A stretch of DNA of 61,800 nucleotides, filler included, from Squatina squatina (lineage: Eukaryota), in the NCBI GenBank assembly GCA_031763465.1. It is 4 parts of 4 records of this genome, joined end to end, with 100 filler letters (N's around TTAATTAATTAA, not from the genome) between each part and the next. Parts side by side here need not be neighbours in the genome. Positions count along the whole stretch, not along the records: positions 1 to 18,576 come from JARFOE010000120.1; positions 18,677 to 36,261 come from JARFOE010000232.1; 2 more parts are not named here. One strand, given 5' to 3'. Below the pieces are notes generated by a model that made no database searches, was not told where the DNA came from, and saw nothing but the letters and a program-made list of their open reading frames with translations. Below are positions 11,947 to 23,535 of the stretch, one piece after another. The translations under genes and the position numbers were made by a program. Position 1 is the stretch's first letter, and the number at the start of each line of letters is the position of its first letter.

Positions 11947-12330
11947 CCCAACTCTGAGGCCACCCATGACCCTGCTCTTCACTCGATGGTGGGGATTGGC
12001 ACGGTGCCTGCATTTGGCCAGCAACCCCCCTTCTGCCTGCCGTTTTACCTCATCACCCCCTCGACAGCCTCTCCCTACATGCCCCTCCTAGACAAGGCCA
12101 GCCTGGAGAAATGCTGGTACCCGGCTCCCATCCCACTCCTTTACCCCGGCATCCCGACCCTGCACGGGATTTCAGCGCTGGCGTCCGACCGGCTGCTCCG
12201 CCAGATCCCGTCCCCGGGGTCAGGAGCAGCACCGCCACTCCATTCGTCTGGATCGGAGGCAACGCAGCCCCTCGTAGCGGAGAGAGAACTGAGCCCATCC
12301 CCAGAACAGTCACCAAACAACACGTCCTAA
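11947..12330 (+). CDS. BHLHE41: Class E bHLH protein 41 (DEC2/SHARP1), last coding exon, 5' part lost in gap
   Basis: QPPFCLPFYLI.PS...Y.P.LDKASLEKCWYPAPIPLLYPGIP matches the DEC1/DEC2 C-terminal motif. LDK.xLEK, PLLYPGIP and the position next to SSPN/ITPR2 favour BHLHE41. Stop TAA 12328-12330. Confidence 0.82.
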   Translation, partial: PNSEATHDPALHSMVGIGTVPAFGQQPPFCLPFYLITPSTASPYMPLLDKASLEKCWYPAPIPLLYPGIPTLHGISALASDRLLRQIPSPGSGAAPPLHSSGSEATQPLVAERELSPSPEQSPNNTS

Positions 12331-13590
12331 AATGGTTGCTCCCCCACTCTCCCACCACCCCCCCCCACTCCCGTTAAAATATGGAACTGGGCAGCACAGA
12401 CATTACTGTTGAGTCCTGGAGCTGGATGGAAATGAGGACCAAGTTGCAAAATTAGATGCCCCAGAGCATGATATTTGAAGATGCATCAAATTCCTGGCCT
12501 CCGAATGGCCATTGAAGTCATTTATACCTTTGTTCAGAAGATGGACAAAGACCTAGCCAATGTAGATCTTCCTCAGATGCTCTTAGAATTGGGATGTAAA
12601 CCCTGGGTTATGCTGAGTAATTCTCTGGCAATTGGTTTGCAGAACAACCCTCTCCCTCCCTCCAATATTTGTATGAATGACTGTACATGAGTTCTGGAAA
12701 ATCACAAGCTTTTGTGTTTTTCGAGAACTCCATGAATTATCAGCTTGAGGATTGGTGTCTGCTTCAATTAAATATTTTTTTTAAGGACCGCCTAATTAAA
12801 GGTTTATTTAAACAAAAAAAAGCAAGTTGCACATTATGTATGTCCCCGTTCCAGTGTCAAGCTGAACAGGTGCACAGATTGAGGAGAGGGGATATCTAGG
12901 ATGGGTAGACAATAGCAATTAAATGTGGATTTCAGAAAGATAAATGCCTTGTGCCCACCAGGTTATGGCAGACTGCCCGTCTTAGCCCTGAAGTCGTGCT
13001 CTGAATTATGTATTGACACTTGAGGACTTTTTCAGAGCTGAGAATAACTGCTTCGGTTAATTCTCTCATTCCCCACTCCCTGCCCCATACCAAATGCTCT
13101 CTGCACACTTTGCCAGGCAATTGAAAGTCACACAGTCAAGAGCCTTATCACCCTGACTGAGGAGACGGTGGCCTCAGTGAAACCTATTTTTAGTTGTTGC
13201 CAAGGCAGCCAGTTTGGTGATGCTGTGAAGTGTTATGTAACAGCTGAGACACGTCCCTTCCTGAATGTGAGCCAGCACTCTTATTCATCCTGGTTACATT
13301 ACTGCTGCTCTATGCCTGAAGCGCTGCGTTCTAAAATATTGTGAATTATAAATATTTGCCTAAAAGTGGCTTTTGTTTGTGTACTGTAAATAGTTTGTGA
13401 ATAATCATGAATTGCATCTGATATGCTATTTTTGTAGGGGAATAATACGTGATAACCACTGAATATTTTATGTTTTGGGCAAAATGAATTTTATGAAGAA
13501 TTGTTCAACCCTGTTTGCACTTTTTGTTAGTGCTTTAAGCTTATGCGGTCTTAAGTTATTAAAATAAATACTGTCTGCATTTTCAAAACA
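12331..13590 (+). promoter_or_regulatory. BHLHE41: Probable BHLHE41 3'UTR with polyA signal
   Basis: Contiguous with the stop codon and AU-rich. TGTAAATA at 13385-13392; AATAAA at 13563-13568. Confidence 0.5.
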
Positions 13591-14884
13591 TGAGTGATCC
13601 ATTCCCAGATTAGCTTTTTATAAAATGTTGTTTTTTTGCAAAGAGGGACATGAAATGAATTGTGATTTTTGCAGTCGAGCAGACCTAGAATGTGTCTTAA
13701 AANNNNNNNNNNCTAAAGGTTGTACTTTTCATTGTGTGCCAACAGTGGCAGTGTTATTATGAAATACAGTAGAAAAATCTATATTTTAGAAATGAATTAT
13801 AAGAGCATGGATAGTGAAGAGTGCAACATTGTGCAACTGGTCAACACCTGTGCAACATTTTTGCCACAATTCTAAATGTTCAAAGCTGTTGTTGGAGTAA
13901 TATAAAAAAAATTGTTGCATTCTAAAAAAAATTCTATTTGACTTTTGAGATCCTGAGTTAATTGTAGCGACCACGGATTTGGTGGTAAATTCCTCTTCAT
14001 CCTCAACTAGTAGCGCTAATCCTTCAATGTCAAAGTTAACAATACACTAAACACATGGGACACGCTGGTGGTTAAGGTTGGCACTGACAGTTTTTGTATA
14101 AATTAGCCCAAACTAAATAAAATCACTGCCAAATGCATTATTAATTGAGGGGGATGTAAAGTAGGTTCCACACTGAAGGTCATGCTGATAAAGCAGAATA
14201 TTGCAATTGTCTTTGGGTGATATTGTAGAAATACCAAATAAAGTGCAGNNNNNNNNNNNNNNNNNNNNNNNNNNNNNNNNNNNNNNNNNNNNNNNNNNNN
14301 NNNNNNNNNNNNNNNNNNNNNNNNNNNNNNNNNNNNNNNNNNNNNNNNTTCACTGCACATGAAGTGTAATCGACTCTGCGTTTCATATTAGCAGAATATT
14401 CCGGTTCAGAACACTGCAGTTTATAATTCACAATGTTACAATGATGAAACGAGTAAAGAAAACATGGCAAAAATCATTTGTTGTACAGTACGTGTCTTCG
14501 CATCTTATAATACTGAAATATTAACACTTTGCATTTGACTTGGCGATGGTTGCATGCTTGCCTTTGAAACGATATAGTGTGGCATGAGTCTTTGAATAAT
14601 TCAGAGCAACAGTACTTAATAAATAGGATTTACAGAATGATTGTTCTGACAGCCTAAGCTATCATCTTCCCAGTGATGTACAATATCACGTGTTCGGACT
14701 GTGCATTTGTCCATTTTAATCACTTGGCATAGTATAAAAGGAACGTTATGAAACAGGATCTTATATTAATTGTACATACCAATATACACTGAAGTGTAGC
14801 CAAAAATACGATCTAAATATTTTGTTTACTATGTACATAATACACTTTGAATCAGGCAAGTCTCCTTTGCCTTGGCCAATACAA

Positions 14885-14940
14885 TTTGTGGAGCGGGCTC
14901 GAAGGGCCGAATGGCCTACTCCTGCTCCTATTTTCTACGT
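14885..14940 (+). mobile_element. CR1/HER1-type 3' tail fragment
   Basis: GGAGCGGGCTCGAAGGGCCGAATGGCCTACTCCTGCTCCTATTTTCT. Similar tails at ~18126-18200, 27032-27075, 31750-31840 and 33040-33158. Confidence 0.75.
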
Positions 14941-15429
14941 TTACAATGATTCCCCAGATCAGGCAGCCAACTTCTACTTCAGATTCAATGAAATATATAA
15001 AATATACATTCCTGGTTGTCGGTATGCAGATCAGTTTTTGTAATGAGTACTGAGCGTGGGTCCATCTGGTTAATTGAAATTTCCAAACACTGCAAGCTGG
15101 ACTTTGAATCGACAGCTTTAACGTGCTCACTTGTTGGCAGTTCACGACAGCAGTTACTTCTGATATCAACTAATTTCCATCGTCTGCAGACGGACCTCCT
15201 TCTGTTGGCTGGTCGTGGCAGCACCGGCCGTGAGGTTCTACAAATTCTCTGTGTTAAGACGATCGCAGCAGCAGTGCAGGAATTAGCACTGGTTTACAAT
15301 CCAGACCGCCAGCTACAAATTAAAACGTCNNNNNNNNNNNNNNNNNNNNNNNNNNNNNNNNNNNNNNNNNNNNNNNNNNNNNNNNNNNNNNNNNNNNNNN
15401 NNNNNNNNNNNNNNNNNNNNNNNNNNNNN

Positions 15430-15955
15430 GAGGTGGTGGAAGAAGAGGAGGAGGAGGAGGAGGAAGAACAGGAGGAGGAGGAAGTACAGGAGGAGCAAGA
15501 ACAGGAGGAGGAGGTGGAGGAAGAACAGGAGGACGAGGAGGAGAATAAGGAGAAGGAAGAGCAGGAGGAAGAACAGGAGGAACAGGAGGAGGAGGAGGAA
15601 GAACAGGAGGCGGAGGAAGAACAGGAGGAGGAAGAAGAACAGGAGGACGAGGAGGAGAATAAGGAGAAGGAAGAGCAGGAGGAAGAACAGGAGGAACAGG
15701 AGGAACAGCAGGAGGAGGAAGAAGAACAGGAGGAGGAGGAGGAGAATGAGGAGGACGAAGAACAGGAGGAGGACGAGGAGGAGAATGAGGTGGAGGAGGA
15801 GGAAGAACAGGAGGAACAGGAGGAGGAGGAGGAAGAACAGGAGGAGGAGGAGGAGGAAGAACAGAAGGAGGAGGAAGAATAGGAGGAGCCGGAGGAAGAA
15901 CAGTAGGAGGGGGAAGAACAGGAGGAGGAGGAGGAGGAAGGAGGACCAGGAGGAG
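15430..15955. repeat. Purine-rich GAG/GAA trinucleotide low-complexity repeat
   Basis: Direct reading. Gap-bounded; internal ~114-bp duplication (15523 vs 15637); in-frame TAGs at 15880 and 15904. Confidence 0.9.
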
Positions 15956-16055
15956 NNNNNNNNNNNNNNNNNNNNNNNNNNNNNNNNNNNNNNNNNNNNN
16001 NNNNNNNNNNNNNNNNNNNNNNNNNNNNNNNNNNNNNNNNNNNNNNNNNNNNNNN

Positions 16056-16165
16056 CCCGAATCCTCTTAACATTGTAAACACCTCAATCAGTTCACTCCT
16101 CAATCTTCTGTACACAAGGGAATACAAGCCAAGTTTATGCAACCTGTCCTCATAATTTAATCCTC
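16056..16165 (-). mobile_element. CR1 LINE fragment
   Basis: Minus translation KLGLYSL.YRRLR.ELIEVF.ML.G is typical of CR1 ORF2. Confidence 0.7.
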
Positions 16166-16351
16166 TAAGATTGAAATTGTAAATGATATAGTTGGGTATT
16201 CTGAAAATTAATACTTATACTGCCCTTCCTGACGTGCATGATCATTACATTTACATATGTAGGCTGTGACTTATATCTTATATAGCATCTGTTAATTCTC
16301 TATCCCTTAATACATTTGGATCATTTCACTGTATTTTTAAGGTAATATACA

Positions 16352-16510
16352 TGGGGTGCCAAATTGGCACTCCGTAGCTAGCACTAAATGGGCATAGTTA
16401 GGGGTCTAACGCCCGTTTCTGGCACTAAATTGAAATTTGCACAATTGGCATCAGTTTAGCACCGACGCTAACGTGGGAGCGCTAGAAACGTGGCATTAGG
16501 TGCAAAACAG
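16352..16510. mobile_element. Terminus of the MITE family seen at 5207 and 9600
   Basis: GGGGTGCCAAATTGG..AGGGGTCTAACGCCCG shared with 5207-5285. Confidence 0.5.
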
Positions 16511-16697
16511 CCTCCGTGTTGCCATCAAAGGGCGCACAGCCCAAAATGCTCGCCCGACAAACAATTCTTCCCCTGCAGATAATGGTCGGCAGCCTCCTTA
16601 TCAGGCCACGTGCTTTCTAAAGGGGCTTTGCTTAGAAACTTATGTTCACCTGTGACGAGAGCCGTGTACAAGCAAAAAAAGCACAGCTTTCTTTTAG

Positions 16698-16947
16698 GAC
16701 GTGAGGCTGTTGGGAGCACCTACAATGACATCTCTTCTTCTGCAGCGATGGAATGTTGTCATGATGATGAACCACAGAGGCTTTGCTCAAAGCCTCCAAC
16801 CCATTCTCTAAACAGCTACAAATTTGGCCAAGGCAGAGACTATTTCAACACCATGCTTAAGGAACTGCAGAGGAACAGCGCAATCAACGTGCTCCCCGTT
16901 TGCAAGCCCCTCATGACTGCGTGCGACCTCAACACACCTTCCGCCAG
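16698..16947 (+). CDS. Putative internal coding exon, possibly lamin tail domain-containing 1 (LMNTD1)
   Basis: ttcttttAG acceptor, CAG|GTaa donor, open frame ...YKFGQGRDYFNTMLKE...NTPSAR. G.G.DYF resembles the segment before the LTD in LMNTD1 as I recall it, and the strand and position fit synteny. Identity is inference. Confidence 0.4.
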
Positions 16948-17189
16948 GTAACCCAGATTTGTTCTGCAACCAAAAATTGAGCTGGCTCACTGCTGTTAAA
17001 TCGAACCGTTGCCTCTTTTTTACATTGCAAGCTGACAAACAAGTTGGGAAGAGCTTACCTCTGTGTTAACAGTGCCATCCCACGGGACGNNNNNNNNNNN
17101 NNNNNNNNNNNNNNNNNNNNNNNNNNNNNNNNNNNNNNNNNNNNNNNNNNNNNNNNNNNNNNNNNNNNNNNNNNNNNNNNNNNNNNNNN

Positions 17190-17330
17190 GAAAGACAGCA
17201 CCTCTGACAGCGCAGTGCTTCCCTCAGTACTGCACTGGAGTGTCAGCCTGGACTTTGTGCTCCAGTCTCTGGAGTGGGACTTGAACTTGCAACCTCCTGA
17301 CTCAGCGATTCAGAGTGCTACCCACTGAGG
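17190..17330 (-). mobile_element. SacSINE1-like SINE 5' part
   Basis: Reverse complement of 1890-2020 (GAAAGACAGCACCTCTGACAG..GGAGTGGGACTTGAAC). Confidence 0.8.
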
Positions 17331-18576
17331 TACAGCTGATGCCGAGTAAATATCCCAATCCCATGTAGGATATTTTTTCATCTGGTATTTATAAACGTGG
17401 AAGGAATTGGTTTGTGTTGAAGTGCAGTGGTACAAACAGTCAGTTTACCATCGCAGAACAGCCAGCCTGAATTTCAGTGAGTTCGCTAACTTTGTCGTCA
17501 GAGTAGCGGGTGACGAAACATCGTGACAGTGCAATATCCCAGCCCAAGAGGAGGTGATGGGCTGAGCCTTGCCCTGTTGTACATCTTGCTGTGAACAGCA
17601 TTGATGGTCATGGAACTGAAACCATTAATTTCTCTCTCGCTCTCTATTTGCTATTCATCATTAGCAAAGAACAGAAAATGTTCGTTTTTGTAAATGATAT
17701 GCACATAATGTTGAAAGCTGAAAAGGACAGCCAGTATCAAAGGCTTAATGAATTAAATTATTTGCAGCATTCTTCCTGATGAATATGTCCAGTGTTTAGT
17801 GCAACGAATGTCAAACAANNNNNNNNNNNNNNNNNNNNNNNNNNNNNNNNNNNNNNNNNNNNNNNNNNNNNNNNNNNNNNNNNNNNNNNNNNNNNNNNNN
17901 NNNNNNNNNNNNNNNNNNCTGGGGGAAATGAATTTTTGTAGCCCGTTTGGTACCTATGCTTTGAGAGCTCTGCTGTTACTCTGGGTTAATATTAATATTG
18001 GCATATTGCTGCTTTACTTTTTAAAAATGTGACCTCAGCAAGAATAAGAAATCCTTTGTGGGAGCTAGTTTGTTTTAATTTCCTCACTGGCTGCCTATTA
18101 AGCAAGACCCAAAATAGTTTCTCCATGAGGTAGAGATCAGCCATGATCTCACTGAACAGCAGAACAAGCTCGAGGGGTTGAATGGGCTCCTACTGTTCCT
18201 GGTTGTCACAAAAAACTAGCCCTAATGTCTGAGGAGCTGAGTAAACGGAGCTGGTATGAATGTTTATTTTTAGTGCTATCTGTCAGTGACACTCCCAAGT
18301 ATTTTCAGTTCCATTTAGGTGTGGTTTATTAATCTCCTCTTCCTCTGGGTTTTGACTCTCTGGTTTTCTGGGAACTGGGGTTGAAGTGCAGGGGTTAGTG
18401 GCAGGAATACACAAACCATCCCTTCCTGCAATTGAACTGCACCGACTTGGAATCTCATGCATCGTTAGCACTAGATATTTTTAAAACTTTTCAGCCAGGA
18501 CACAACATCTGAAAATTTAATGAGCTTCATGTCTGTAATCTGCTCAGCTCCATTCAATGGAACAATTTAAATTTGC

Positions 18577-18676
18577 NNNNNNNNNNNNNNNNNNNNNNNN
18601 NNNNNNNNNNNNNNNNNNNNTTAATTAATTAANNNNNNNNNNNNNNNNNNNNNNNNNNNNNNNNNNNNNNNNNNNN
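18577..18676. other. Artificial scaffold linker (44N-TTAATTAATTAA-44N)
   Basis: A 12-mer with stops in all six frames at 18621-18632, centred in a 100-nt gap. Identical at 36306 and 49516. Confidence 0.95.
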
Positions 18677-18799
18677 CTGTATTAATGAGCCTTTTATCTT
18701 CCTTTTACAGTTTCCTTTCTTTCCTACTTTCCTGAATATGTTGAATCCTCACTGGGGCATGATTCCACAGGTAATGGACACCCTATTTCTTATTACCAT

Positions 18800-19075
18800 T
18801 CTTTATTCATGAATTTGCACAGTAAGTGTTTGGGAGGCATAACAGCAGATCCTGATCTTTCCCTTCCCTGAGATCTGCACATCCAGTAGAGGTCACTAGA
18901 TAGAAGGAGCCGGAACCTTGGCTAATTTTTCCCTCCCTAACCCAGAGGACACATGTTGCTACTGTCTCCCCCAACAAATATTAGCTAATCCAGCACGGAC
19001 CGTAGGATGAACCTGGGACCTTTCCAGTTGGCATGTCTCAAATCTTCACTGCCTTAACTAGCTGAGTCATTGTGG
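18800..19075 (-). mobile_element. Old tRNA-derived SINE-like repeat
   Basis: Reverse B-box-like GGATGAACCTGGGACC at ~19005-19020; body resembles 605-810. Confidence 0.45.
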
Positions 19076-21454
19076 AAGCCGCTCATTAACCAGACGTGCT
19101 TATATCGTTACATTTTGAAATAGGGCAAAGCAATGAGGAGTTGCTTTAAGTGAATGTGAAACTTAGAAACAGGGTGCACCTCCTACTAGTAATAAAGATA
19201 CCTGGCAGGCTCATTTCTGAAACCCCATCTTACACTGAATATGTGTAACAGTGCACGTTGCTGTCTTGTGCTCCTTAGGAATCAGAGATGTGGTGGTGAG
19301 GAGTTTCTGCCAAGTGCTGCTTAGACAGCAAGGACTCTTTATAGCAGCAACTGCAGTCATGTTGAAACCCTGCACTCTCAATAATTCCATAGTGTACCAC
19401 TGCAGAGAGGAACTGTACTAGTTCATTCTCTTTTGGAATAAAGTATTAGACCAATTAATCAGCGTCATCTTTTTGAGAATTATACCATTGCTTTAATCGT
19501 TCGAATATAGTCTTTCAAACTGTGAAGCCATTGTTCTTTCTGATGCAGAGACGAGTGGCACTAAATTATTTTGAATGTAGAGGCTTGCAAAAAATATATA
19601 TATGTATTTCTAAACTGAAAACACCTACTCTAATTTTTGTTTGGTCAGTTTAATGAGTGCAAATTTCCAGCATGGTTACAAAGGATCAGAGGTTAAGGAA
19701 ATTCACATCATTAAAAAATGGTAGATAGGGTCGCAGGGGGATTCATTTTACTGAATGAAATGCACAAATTCACAAAATGACTAAATAAAATTACAGTTGG
19801 GGATAAATATCTGTATTGTTGAAGCTCTGAAATGAAGAATTTAAAACTTGGTCAGCATTTGTAGAGGAAATATTCTCAACAATAGTCCAATACTGTAGTT
19901 TTAGTAAAATAATCTTTGGACTGATATAGTAGTTTCACTTAATTGTGTTTGTGCATTGTTTGTGTATCAGACTTTGTCAAATCTGCATCATGTTCCCAGA
20001 GATCCTCACTTATTATTTATTCATAGAGCTGCTCCTTAGGTAATAATGAGGTGCTTGCACAGGAGTGAGTGAAGGATAAGAGCTCTTGTTTCTCCTCAGT
20101 TAAAACATCTGTCTGACTCTCCCGTGGAGAAGCGAAGGAGAAAAGGTCACGTTAGATGATGTTTGTTCTGAGCATTCATGAGTAAGACTTCATTTCCATA
20201 GTACGTTCGTCACTGCACTAGTGTTAAGAGAGAATCCTTCAGGGTCTGTTGCATCCAGTGTTTTTGATCTTCCTGCATCTGATACACATCAGTATCTGGT
20301 CTCACAGACACCTGCTCAACCCTTTCACTGAAATTTAAAAAAAATGAGTCATGAAGATTCATCAAGTGCCATTTTGTTATGGGACTGAAATAATAGATGC
20401 AATTATTAAACCAGATACTTTCTCACTGAGCTGCTTCCCTTGTTAAAAAATGAAAACATGATCATTTTTCTCATTAAAAATCACTGATGCAGAGAAGGGG
20501 CAGGCAGTCTACATCAGCACCATGTGAAAGCAGCACAGCATGATTTTTACTCTGAATTTGTTCTCCAGCCCTTTGGGGAATTTTGCCTTATTTATTCAGC
20601 GCAGTTGAGATTTTGAATCCACGACACTGGGGAATTACAAGCGTGAACCTGGGCCCTACTTCTAAACAGTATTGGCTGTTCTGCTGATCAACCCAACAAC
20701 ACAGTTATTTTATTCCAAGAGTTTGGACATGTACAGTTGTTTGAAATGTGATACTTTTAGCTAAACACCTTTTAAAATCCTTCATGGAGCACACTTTTTT
20801 TTGAAGCTCCTATATGTGTACCAGTTGTTGCACTTGATTTTCTTTCGACAAACAGATGGCAGCTGTCTGTTACAGAAATAATTGACAGAGAGCTAATCAG
20901 TCTCAGAAACAGCTACGGAATCCCCAGTGCCCCCTATGCCAGACACCATTCAAAGCTTAACATTTCAGGCCTTTCCACTGGTAAAATTGGTGATATATCG
21001 GCTTTAATTCTCATAAAAGACAAATAAAATTCTAGCCAGATGGACACAGACCTCAATTCGGAAAGCTTAATTCAGTTAGTTTCAAACCAACCTTCTGAAA
21101 AGACAGACAAAGTTGTCATGCATTTTGGGGCAATGAAGGGATGTGACTCAAATTTATTGCAACAAGACTACATTCAAATTATCCAACCAAGCTCACAAGG
21201 CATGAACACTCACAGAAGAACATCCTGAATAGACTTATTGTGGAACAAAAGTCAAACATGTTATTTGGTTCCTGCTGTGTGTTTCAGTTCGCTCTGAATT
21301 ACCGTGCCAGGTGCAATCATCTATTGTAGAAGAGTGAAGCTGCTGATCTTTGGTTTTATTAGGATACACTACTGGCCTTTCACATTACCCAGAGGTCAAT
21401 GGCATTTGACATCAATAAGACCAAGATTTAAATTCGCATTCATCCCTCAATGCA

Positions 21455-21746
21455 TCCTTCTTCTTAGACAGTCCCTCGAGATCGAGGATGACTTGCTTCC
21501 ACTCCAGAGTTGTGGGTTCTGAGGTGACTAAATAGTCTTATACGAGATCCACAAACTCAACCACAGGTGGAGCAGGTGGTGTTTGATGGAGCGAGTGGAT
21601 GGGATGCTCGGGTTTCTGCACGCTCCTTCCGCTGCATGCACTTGGCCTTCGCGTGCTCCTGCTGGAGAAGCTCGGAGTGGTTGGCACCTTCACGATGCTT
21701 CTCCTCCAGTTCGGGCGGTCTTGGGCCAGAGATTCCCATGAGTCGG
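21455..21746 (-). mobile_element. RTE LINE 3' fragment
   Basis: DSWESLAQDRPNWRRSI...TTCSTCG; clearly homologous to 2975-3290. Confidence 0.8.
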
Positions 21747-22419
21747 NNNNNNNNNNNNNNNNNNNNNNNNNNNNNNNNNNNNNNNNNNNNNNNNNNNNNN
21801 NNNNNNNNNNNNNNNNNNNNNNNNNNNNNNNNNNNNNNNNNNNNNNCACCAAGAGCAGAAACGTAACCAAAGAAGATGCTGCTTCCAACAAGATTGGGGT
21901 AGAATTACTTTTACTGCAGCATTTCCGTTGGTGCAGTTCTGTGGGTGACAGGTGTGTTGATTTAAAATTTTACAGGCGCAGAAACTGACAATGACGGAAC
22001 TGACTTGAAAAATATTGCGCTGAACTCAGTGAGTAAATGCACCTGGACAGAGATGATCCAATGACACTACAACGAAATACTCAAACCTACCAATACTGGC
22101 ATTTGTCAGCCCCTAATGCCCTCGCACGTACTTATTCCACAAGAAACTCCTCATGTATCTGTTTCTTTAAACCATATATTCTCAGATTGGTACAGCTGAT
22201 AATAGGAAATAGTTCAATATGCAGAACATGTTCTCTGCAGATTTGAAAATATTTGCCTACAGGATGTAAAGTGAATACTAAAGTTGATGGCTTAATGATA
22301 GGGAATGACCCATAAAAGCTCTTGTACAGCCCTTATAAAAGACTAATATAAAATTCAGGCTACATGACCTTGGATGCCCTCAAACCAAATAAACCTAATC
22401 CAACCCTTAAAAAGAAATT

Positions 22420-23096
22420 GTGCACACACGCACACATACACGCAACACATAAACACATGCACACATACGCACACATACGCACATACAAGCACACACGTGT
22501 ACGCGCACACAAACATGTACACATGTGCACACACAACATGCACAGCACANNNNNNNNNNNNNNNNNNNNNNNNNNNNNNNNNNNNNNNNNNNNNNNNNNN
22601 NNNNNNNNNNNNNNNNNNNNNNNNNNNNNNNNNNNNNNNNNNNNNNNNNNNNNNNNNNNNNNNNNNNNNNNNNNNNNNNNNNNNNNNNNNNNNNNNNNNN
22701 NNNNNNNNNNNNNNNNNNNNNNNNNNNNNNNNNCACACACAAACATAAATGCGCACACACACAAACAAACATGCATGCACACACACACATACGCACACAT
22801 GCCCACAAACACACACATGCCCACACACATGCGCACACACATGCACACACACACATGAACACACACACATGCACACACACACAAGCACAAACATGCATAC
22901 GCACAAACACAACAAATGCACCCACACACACAAAAACACACACGCGCACACACACATGCGCACACACACATGCACACACAACATGCACAGCACACACACA
23001 TACAACACATGCACAAACACACACTTGCACACGCACATACACACACACGCACACAAGCACACACATGCATACGCACACACACAACACATGCACCCA
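22420..23096. repeat. Degenerate (CA)n/(CACATG)n microsatellite
   Basis: Direct reading; interrupted by gaps. Confidence 0.95.
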
Positions 23097-23362
23097 NNNN
23101 NNNNNNNNNNNNNNNNNNNNNNNNNNNNNNNNNNNNNNNNNNNNNNNNNNNNNNNNNNNNNNNNNNNNNNNNNNNNNNNNNNNNNNNNNNNNNNNNNNNN
23201 NNNNNNNNNNNNNNNNNNNNNNNNNNNNNNNNNNNNNNNNNNNNNNNNNNNNNNNNNNNNNNNNNNNNNNNNNNNNNNNNNNNNNNNNNNNNNNNNNNNN
23301 NNNNNNNNNNNNNNNNNNNNNNNNNNNNNNNNNNNNNNNNNNNNNNNNNNNNNNNNNNNNNN

Positions 23363-23535
23363 GTGTCTCTCTCTCTCTCTCCCCCTCCCGAGTTCCTGTT
23401 TCTCTCTCCCTCCCCAGTCTGTATTGTGCTCTCACCCTCCCCAGTCTGTGTTCCTCTCCCTCCCCAGTTTATGTTGCTCTTTTCCTCCCTCCCCAGTTTA
23501 CATTTTTCTCCTTCCCTCCCTCAGTTGCTCTCTCA
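23363..23535. repeat. CT-rich minisatellite with core CTCCCTCCCCAGT (~25-bp period, ~5 copies)
   Basis: Direct reading. Confidence 0.7.

Noticed and set aside
14985-15329. Possible RASSF8 exon expected by synteny
   Set aside because: No frame resembles the RASSF8 RA domain or coiled coil as I recall them.
18621-18632. TTAA piggyBac target or homeobox site
   Set aside because: Identical 12-mer centred in three N gaps; a synthetic linker.
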